Shown piece by piece: positions 55,191 to 64,000 of a stretch of DNA of 64,000 bases. Every line of letters starts with the position of its first letter. Within the stretch, counting starts at the first letter, position 1. The DNA is from Lama guanicoe. Lineage: Eukaryota. The position numbers and the translations under genes are program-made. Location of the stretch: positions 3,998,123 through 4,062,122 of the forward strand of contig MU053557.1 in assembly GCA_013239625.1 (NCBI GenBank), in the 5' to 3' direction. The notes under the pieces are model-generated. The model was not told the DNA's origin. It did no database searches and saw only the letters and a program-made list of their open reading frames with translations.

Positions 55191-56583
55191 TAATGTGTCC
55201 CTGCCACAGCTAGTGGTGCAGATAACAGATCTTTACAAAACATGACAAGAGGCAAGAAAGGCAGCAGTCCAAGTGAGAGAGGAGAATTTGGGTGGAGCGC
55301 TCAAGGGCAGGTGTAGCACAAGAATATTGTGGAGGCAGGGCTCAGGGAGGAGAAGATGTGAGGACTGTCAGTCCCACAGTGGAGGCTCTACTGTGCCTCA
55401 CATAAAAGGTGACAACTGAGTCATCCAGAGCAGGAAAAAACAACCATTCCCCACTGGTAATCTGTCCAGTTGTGCTTAGCAAATGTGGGTGGCCAGTTTG
55501 GTGCTTGAGGACTTCCTGAAGTATGTCCTTATAATCCCCTGTCTCCCTTTAAATCTAGTTAACAGCCTTCTGCCAGTTACCTCACCAAGAAACATAATTC
55601 TCTTAACTTTTAGGTTTATGCTTCCTCCTTGTCTCCCCTTCTGTTTCTCAGATCCATATGCTAACCACGTTCTGCAAAGAATGAGGTTTTTAAAAATTGT
55701 CCACTCATTTTCCTTGGGGACCCTACTCCTTAATATATCTGAATGTTTAGTATACATTTAACACTGAACCTGAAATATTTATACAGCTCTGGGTATGGTA
55801 AGTTCAGTTCTTTAGACTTGGAATAACTAACTACTGATTGATGACTCAATTCTTACTTTATTCCTTTTAAGAAATTCAAGTATCTTTATATTGTGGTTGA
55901 AAAGAGCTTTTATGGACACTGTAATTTAGGAAAAGTAATGTGACCAGCTGACTAGCCTAATGTTTCCTGAAAAGTTTAGTTTCTGAATTTAGAAACCAGA
56001 TCTGTCAGCCAGACAAAACCTTATTTGTTTAAGTATTCCTGTATATATTCATTGAGCCTTACTGTGCCCCAGGTACTGTGTTAGGTGCTGTAAAGGATAT
56101 GGAGATAAATGTCATGATCTCTCTCTCTAGGGAACCTCTAGTTTGGTTGAATAGTTGGGTCAGAAACATAGATCATAATATTACAGGACATATACTACAG
56201 TGGCTTTGGGGTGGGGGTGCAGAAGAGATTGAACAGAGGTCCAAGGCTGAAGATCGGTGAGAATAAAGGCTCCAAGGTAATAAGGCAGGGGTATGTTCAA
56301 AGAAAAGTTTGGGTTGGGGTGTAGAATGTATATAGAGGGGACAAGAATGAAAAGTTAGTTTGAAGTTAGGTCATGGCAAGCCTTGAAGGCTGAGCTGAGG
56401 AATATAAACCAGGTAGGCACTAGGGAGTCACAGAGAACTTTGAGCAGCTGAGTGATGTGGTCACCATTATACTTTAGAAAAATTAGTGTACATTGTTTCC
56501 TGTTCCAGATTTACTCTTGCCTTTTGTCCAGAATTTGTACTGAAATCTTTTCTTTTCCTCGGGCCATTCTTCTTTTTCTGTAA

Positions 56584-57357
<774 letters not shown>

Positions 57358-58289
57358 TAGGACTTGAAAAGGGCATTGTTCATTCTGTGTTTTTCTTACA
57401 TAAAGCCAGTTTGGCAAATTGAATTCTATGTTGGGGTTTTGTGATCATACAGATTTTGAACTAATTTTCAGCAGTGGGGTGGGGGTGGGGAGGTTGGCAT
57501 GTAAAGCATCCAACCAAGAAAAACTCAAGTAGTTCCACTTCTAGAAAAATAGACCTGTGTATGTTGACACTAAGTCCATTGCTTATCCTGATGTCTCAGT
57601 ATATAAACCCTGCTCCCAAGCCACAATTAAAAGTCTTAACTCCTAGCGAAGTTTTAAAATCTTAGCCAAAAGGTAAGAACTGGAAGTTGCTGGGGCTGGG
57701 GGAGCATATCATATGGGTGTATAACCCTGCGTCTGCCTCTGCAGTGCTTAATGATTTTTTCCAAAGTCTAGTTTTGCTTCCATTTAGGTTTGTCAGGAGA
57801 TAAGCAGGTAAGTAAGTAGTTTAGCTGAGAATTATTTTGGCAAAGATAAACTCAAAACATAAAGATGTATCTAATTTCATTTATAATATTTCTGTGTACA
57901 CCAAGACATTGGGTTCGGTGACGATAAGCACATTTCCTAATCATAATTCTGTTAATGTTTCTGATCTTATTGTTAAGTAATCTCTCCTGCCTTTATTAAG
58001 TCGTGAATAATATATTTCAGTTTTCTCTTAAGTCTCACTTAATTTTAAAATCTTAAAAATCAGCCCCAGCACATTGAGTACCTTTTTATATACTAAACAG
58101 AGCTGATTGAATCATGTGGGTGTAAACTAACAAAAAAAGTATGAGACTTTAATTATGTGCTAATTATCATAGTAGTATAAACTCATATTGAAGTATATGA
58201 GTTTTATTTGAAGATTTCATTATGCTTTGCAAACATTAGTTCCGCTGTGATGAAAATACTTTTCACAGCTTGAATATTAAATGTTTTAT

Positions 58290-59200
58290 ATCTTTTTTTA
58301 TACATAATATAGCATTTACCATTTTAACCATTTTGAAGCATACAGTTTAGTGGCATTATTACATTTACATTGTTGTGCAACCATCATCATCATCCATTTC
58401 AACTTTTCCGTCATCCCAAACTGAAACTCTACCTATTAAACATTAGCTCCTCATTATGACACCTTTTGTTACACGGTTTTTCATATTTGTACAGTCATAG
58501 TCATGTTTGCCTTTACGATTTCTTTATTTTTATGCTGTGGAAGGCGTTCCCTACACCTCACTCAGATAATTGTTCACATCTTTTCATTCTTTTATTCATT
58601 TATTTGTTTAGTTTAGTTCTTTAAGTTGTGGGAACTTTATTTTTTTAATTCTAACTTGTCACCAAGTTGTCTCAATACTATTTATTGACCTCCATTCTTA
58701 AGTCATCATTTGGAAATGCTCTTTTAGCCTGTACCTTGTCTGTACTGCTGTTTATCTCTGGGCGTGCTATTCACTATTCTGTTCCAGTGTCCCGTCCTCT
58801 TTCATTACTCTTTTGCAAAATTTCCTTGGCTAGTCATACATTTATCACTTATTTTTATAGTTTTATTTTCTAATTTTTGTCATGTTCAAAAACCAGATCT
58901 TGTTGTTTTGTTTAGAATTTCATGACATTGACTGACTGAAAAGATAATTGTCATTTTTATAGCATTGAGTTTTCCTATTTGGAGACTATTTTGTCTTATA
59001 TGTCTTGGTAAAGTTTTATAGTTATTAACTATTTAGGGGGGTTTTGTTTTGTTTTCATTTTTAATATGGATCCTTCACATTAGCCATAGGAGGTTTTGAC
59101 TTTTTCTTTGCCTTGTATTCTGCTTCCCCTTTGCCATTTTCTTCTGACTTGTTTCATGATTAGAACTTTATCTTAGGTTAAATAATCTCCTAGAATTTAA
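58290..59200 (-). mobile_element. Old L1 fragments (L1MB/L1ME-like)
   Basis: atttaccattttaaccatttt...acattgttgtgcaaccatca...cccaaactgaaactct, then T-rich antisense L1. Confidence 0.7.
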
Positions 59201-59479
59201 AAAAAATTTTTTTCTTTATGTAGCTGTTTTTGCTTTTTTAGGTAAATTACCTCTGTTGTCTTGTGATTTTTTTTTTTCCAATTTGAAAAGACTTCTAATG
59301 TATGTACCTAATATGTGTATGGTAGGTAAATTATATCCTAATGTTTTTAAACACAATATAAGTATCCATTTCAGTAACAGCTTTTCTGGGGAAATATCAA
59401 ACTACTGATTTTAAAATTATCCATATCTCTTTTGGAAAGAAAAACAAGTTATTTGGGTAGCTTTCAACTTGTTATTTTT

Positions 59480-59633
59480 TTTTAACATTTTTATTGATTC
59501 ATAATCAGTGTTGTGTCAAATTCCAGTGTTCAGTACAATTTTTCAGTCATATATGGACATATACACACTCATTGTCACATTTTTTTCTCTGTGATTTATC
59601 ATAACATTTTGTGTATATTTCCCTGTGCTATAA
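59480..59633 (-). mobile_element. Young L1 3' fragment (same subfamily as 10701-10956) with perfect 15-bp TSD
   Basis: TSD caacttgttattttt at 59465-59479 and 59634-59648; canonical TT/AAAA site on the minus strand; near-identical to 10790-10950. Confidence 0.95.
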
Positions 59634-61274
59634 CAACTTGTTATTTTTAATCTAGCATGTTTTTGATATCTATTGGCCATTCTGTTTTAAATGTTTTAGG
59701 GAGAAAAATCCAAGTTAATAAAGGAAAAAGCAATTTAGTGTTATGGATTTTTTTTAATCACTTCAAAGAAAATATTTTAGTTTTTTATTTGGTTTTCAAT
59801 TTATGGCCTTATGTAGTGTTAAAACCACCTAGAAGTAGTTATTTATGTTGTGAATTCCTATTTTGGGAATAAATGCCTGTACCTTTTTTCTTTTTCTCCT
59901 CATTATATAATACTTTATAAATATCACAAAATTAACTGATTTGATTTTCAAAGAATAGCACTTAAGATGAGTATGATATGGTTCCCATAAATACTAACCT
60001 TTCCGTGACACCCCATGACTAGATGTTTTCTGTGTGTCTGTAGCATCTTCTCTGCTAATGTTAACTATAATGTGTTGTATTTTCATGTTTTACTGTCTGT
60101 CTTTCCAATAGACTATGAGCTCCATGAGGGCAGGGCCAGTATGCTTGTTAACCATTATATTCCCAGCTGCTAGCACAATGTCTTGCATGGTGGTATGGGG
60201 CTCAGTGAATAATTGTGAACTTAATAAGTGGTAGGAACCATCACATGAGGTATGTTGATGCTGGTGGATATATGAAATCACTAAGAGTTACCGCTAAACA
60301 AAATTTACTGTCCTAAACAAAGAGGGAGGCATAAGAAAATAACAGGATGAACTCTTTTCCTTTTACATTGGGAAGCATTTGTTTATCAAGATTATCTCTG
60401 TATAAAGTGTGACTTAGCTTTATAACTTTCCTTAGAAAACAAACTGCCAATTTGGGTACTCTGAAGAGCAGGAAATTTAACTGAATCCCATATTCTTATC
60501 AGTTAAAGAGGATGGGAGGGAAGGAGTCCAGGAAGATGAGAAGTTTGAAAATCAGAGCACAGAAGGAAAATGCTAACAGAAAATTTCTTATTTGAACATT
60601 GTTATGAAGGAATGGAAACAGACCTGTTTTTGTTGGTTTTCATTTTTGCGGTACTGAGAGAGGGAACCAGGACCTGTTATTGGTTGTAACAGATGTGTGA
60701 ATTTTGACTGTCATAGCAAATGTGCTGCTGTTAGAACATTGCTTGTCAGTGAAGCTAATTAGATTTTGTCTGAAGGTCCTTCAGAAATACTGTGGAAGGT
60801 GGCCTTCAGTGCATCACCTAGATCAATAGTTTGCATGTTTTTCCAGAACCCCAGGATTTTGCTTGGGTTCAGGGCCCCTTGAAGGAAGTTTGATGGATAA
60901 AACTCCTGGGCTCACTTTCAGGCTTCCACCAAAGTCGCTGCTTTCAATTGTTTTGCATAATAAGATTTCACAAAGATTTCCAAGAGTGGAAGAAAGAGTT
61001 CTATTGTATTTTTTAAAAAAGCAAACACTTGGCCTACTCTCTATAGAGTTACTGTCTAACCCCAAGCATTTAGGAATTTGCAATATTTGCACCTTGTTTC
61101 CCTATCTTTCTTTGTAATCTTTCATGTTCAAAGTTAAAGAATTACCAAGTGGAATGTTTGTAATCTAGTAGTAGTATTGTGCAGTATGGTGGGATTTAAG
61201 TCATAAAGGTCAGTCTTATTTCACTCTACATGTGCTCTGCTACAGAATGATTATCAAAAATGAGAACAGTATCA

Positions 61275-61436
61275 GGAAGGGTGTAGCTCATTGGTAGTGT
61301 GCATGCTCAGTGTGCGTGAGGTCCTGGGTTCAAGCCCCAGTATCTCCATTAAAAATAATAAAATAAAATAAAATAAATAAACCTAATTACTACCACCACG
61401 ACCCCCAGATAATTAAAGTGGTATTTAAAAAAAAAA
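61275..61436 (+). mobile_element. tRNA-derived SINE of the camelid Vic-1 type
   Basis: A-box tagctcattgg 61284-61294; B-box ggttcaagcc 61327-61336; characteristic (aaata)n-aacctaattac tail. Confidence 0.85.
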
Positions 61437-61629
61437 GAAGACTGTGACTTTTAGTATCTTGTTTTGGAATATATATGTGCTTGTTAAGTTTTGGAGATGA
61501 ATTGAGAACTTGTATTTAAATAAAATCAACATAATATTTGTTTTTATAATTAAACTATAATGTTTTGGAACAATACTGGCTACATGAGTTAGAGCATTAC
61601 TAGCCAGGGTTTGGCAGATAAAAGATTGC

Positions 61630-61865
61630 AGGTTTTCTGGCCTAGTGACTGGCACCAGATAGCCTGAGTCTGACTCCTGGTTCCACCACTTAACACTTTG
61701 GCAAACTATTTCCCCTTCCCATGCCTCTGTTTCCGAATTTTTAAAGTAAGGACAATAATCTATCTCAGAGGGTTGTTGTTAGGATTAAATTAGTTAATAG
61801 AAGAAAAACCCTGAGAAAAGTGCCTGACACACAGTAAGCGCTCAGTAAATATTTGCTATTATTCC
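61630..61865 (+). mobile_element. MIR
   Basis: cctggttccaccactt...gcctctgtttcc...agggttgttgttaggattaaat...cagtaagcgctcagtaaat. Confidence 0.8.
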
Positions 61866-61884
61866 ATTTACATTTCTGTGATGT

Positions 61885-62420
61885 ATTCATTCAGTCAGTG
61901 AGTGTTACTGCCAATTTATTCAATAAATAGCTCATTGCTAGTGGCTGACATTGATACAAAGATGAAATAAGACAGTGTTGTCTTTAAGGAGCTTTTAGTT
62001 TAAATGGAGAGACAAAACAAGTATTCAGGGAATTACAGAACCATATATGATGTTTGGGGGTCCAGGTGATTTGTTAGGGGAGGTGGAATTTGAGCTGAAC
62101 CTTTCAGGGATGGGTAGTATTTCAAAAAGTGAAGTCAGGAAAGGTTTTCTGGGCAGAAAAAACTAGAATGATTAATAGCTTCAGAGGCATTGGCAATGGG
62201 AGATGACTAGGACATGATATGGAATAAAACAGAACTGCTCGGGCTAAAGCACAGCTCCAAATGTCAGGTGTTCAACCATATTTACTAAGCAGTAGTCAGT
62301 GTTTTAAAGTTGTTCGGGAGGAAAGTGGTGAATTTAATCTACCAGTAGTATTTAGGATGGGTTGAGTGACTAGTGATGAGAATGTTAATTAGACTGTTGG
62401 AATGGCCCAAATATGAAAAG
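61885..62420 (-). mobile_element. L2 3' part, antisense
   Basis: attcattca start; ctttaaggagcttttagtttaaatggagagac; tttgagctgaacctt. Confidence 0.6.
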
Positions 62421-62560
62421 CAGCATTACATTTCAGACAGTAGAGGGTGATCTTGTTTTGAAACAGTCAGTTGGAAATAGTAGTCTGACTGTTACTCCTT
62501 TGGGAACCAAGTTGTAGAATTGAGAGTTGCCTAGCTGGAGTTTGAATGTGCTCTCTTTGA

Positions 62561-62758
<198 letters not shown>

Positions 62759-62918
62759 TAATGTAAAAGAACTAAAGTTGCCATCATCTTTATATAGTTT
62801 CTTTGCCCTTAAGAGAAGAGATTGGGAGCAGCTGCTTCTCACTTGTGCCAGTGAAAATATTTAAGCTTTAAAGAAAAAAGTACAGGAAGATGCATCTTTT
62901 AAATTTTTCTCCTCCTAG

Positions 62919-63062
<144 letters not shown>

Positions 63063-64000
63063 TAGTTTAAAAAATTAAGGATTCATAAATACTACAATAA
63101 CATTACTATATTCCTTTTTCGAAAGAATCATTATGTTAGTTTATTTTTAATTCTGTCCTCAATCTGTAGTTCTCAACTAATTACCCTGTTGTATTTGTGA
63201 GGGACCATGTGCAGAGATTTGATTCATCTTTTAATGTAGCCTCTCCTCCAGTTCCCTCCAGATGACCACTGCTACTTGATCTGACAAAGATTAGATTAAA
63301 CAGACTAATCCATGTATGGACTTTGGAGTCAAATAGAGCTCACCGTGGTTCCTGTCTTTACCATTTCCTTGCTGTGTGATGCTGGACATGTTTTGTCTGT
63401 GTCTTTTGGAGGAGGTGGTGACTGCGCCCTCAGTGCTTAATTGCTCTGAATTTGATTGATATAATCAACCATAACCTCAACTGAGGGCACATTATCCTTC
63501 GTCCACACCGCACTTTTCTTTTTAGTCCCATTTGTCCCTCATTACAGTCCCATCTGTTCCCAACACCTGTAGTCATGTACTGAATGTCCTTCCAGTCCAT
63601 CTCCCATGTCTTTATTTATATACATATTTAACTCTGAACAAATATAAGGTATTATTTTGTGTGAATTTTTAAAATTTTAGATATATAAATAGTATGTCCT
63701 ATACATGATCTGTTTATTTTTCCATTATTACTTGTAATTATATTTTTGATGCCTATCCATGTACAATTATGAAGATCTGATTTGTTTCTTGCTTTAGGCA
63801 AGTTATACATTCTGTGCTCATTTTTTTCATTCTGTAAAGTGTACGCTTGTGAAGGTTAAATAGTGACTGATACAAACACAGGCATGCATGTGTGTATGAA
63901 TGTGTGTACCTCCACAGACACATAGTAGAGGGTCTGACCTCTAGTAAAAGTCTAGTAAATGCTAACTTGTATTATATTAGTATGGCAAAAAAAAAAATTA

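Noticed and set aside
61275..61348. Possible tRNA-Ala gene
   Set aside because: The stems are degenerate and there is an A-rich SINE tail rather than an oligo-T terminator, so it is a SINE head.

Overview
This is mammalian genomic DNA, most likely a camelid (camel, alpaca or llama), judged from a Vic-1-type tRNA-derived SINE at 61275 and recent artiodactyl-type L1 3' ends. It holds the 5' ~80% of FBXO38 (F-box only protein 38 / MoKA) on the + strand. The gene has a CpG-island promoter at ~18960-19600, a non-coding exon 1 ending at 19256, and 16 coding exons (2-17) from ATG 27598 to 63021. These give 2854 coding nt (951 codons + 1 nt) with all-GT-AG introns in one unbroken frame, and the gene continues past the window end. 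Positions 1-18900 are repeat-rich (L1, L2, MIR, hAT/mariner relics, solo ERV LTRs) with no recognisable protein-coding gene. The most interesting unexplained signals are all inferences. (1) A candidate spliced divergent minus-strand transcript whose first exon ends on a Kozak ATG and whose second exon gets its acceptor from an ERV LTR terminus. (2) A sense LTR just upstream of the promoter carrying a donor, with an orphan acceptor downstream. (3) An unidentified ~400-bp mRNA-like insert splitting an L2 in intron 12. (4) Several candidate poison or cryptic micro-exons. (5) A 31-bp direct repeat in intron 1. Repeat family names and human comparisons are from memory, not from a search.
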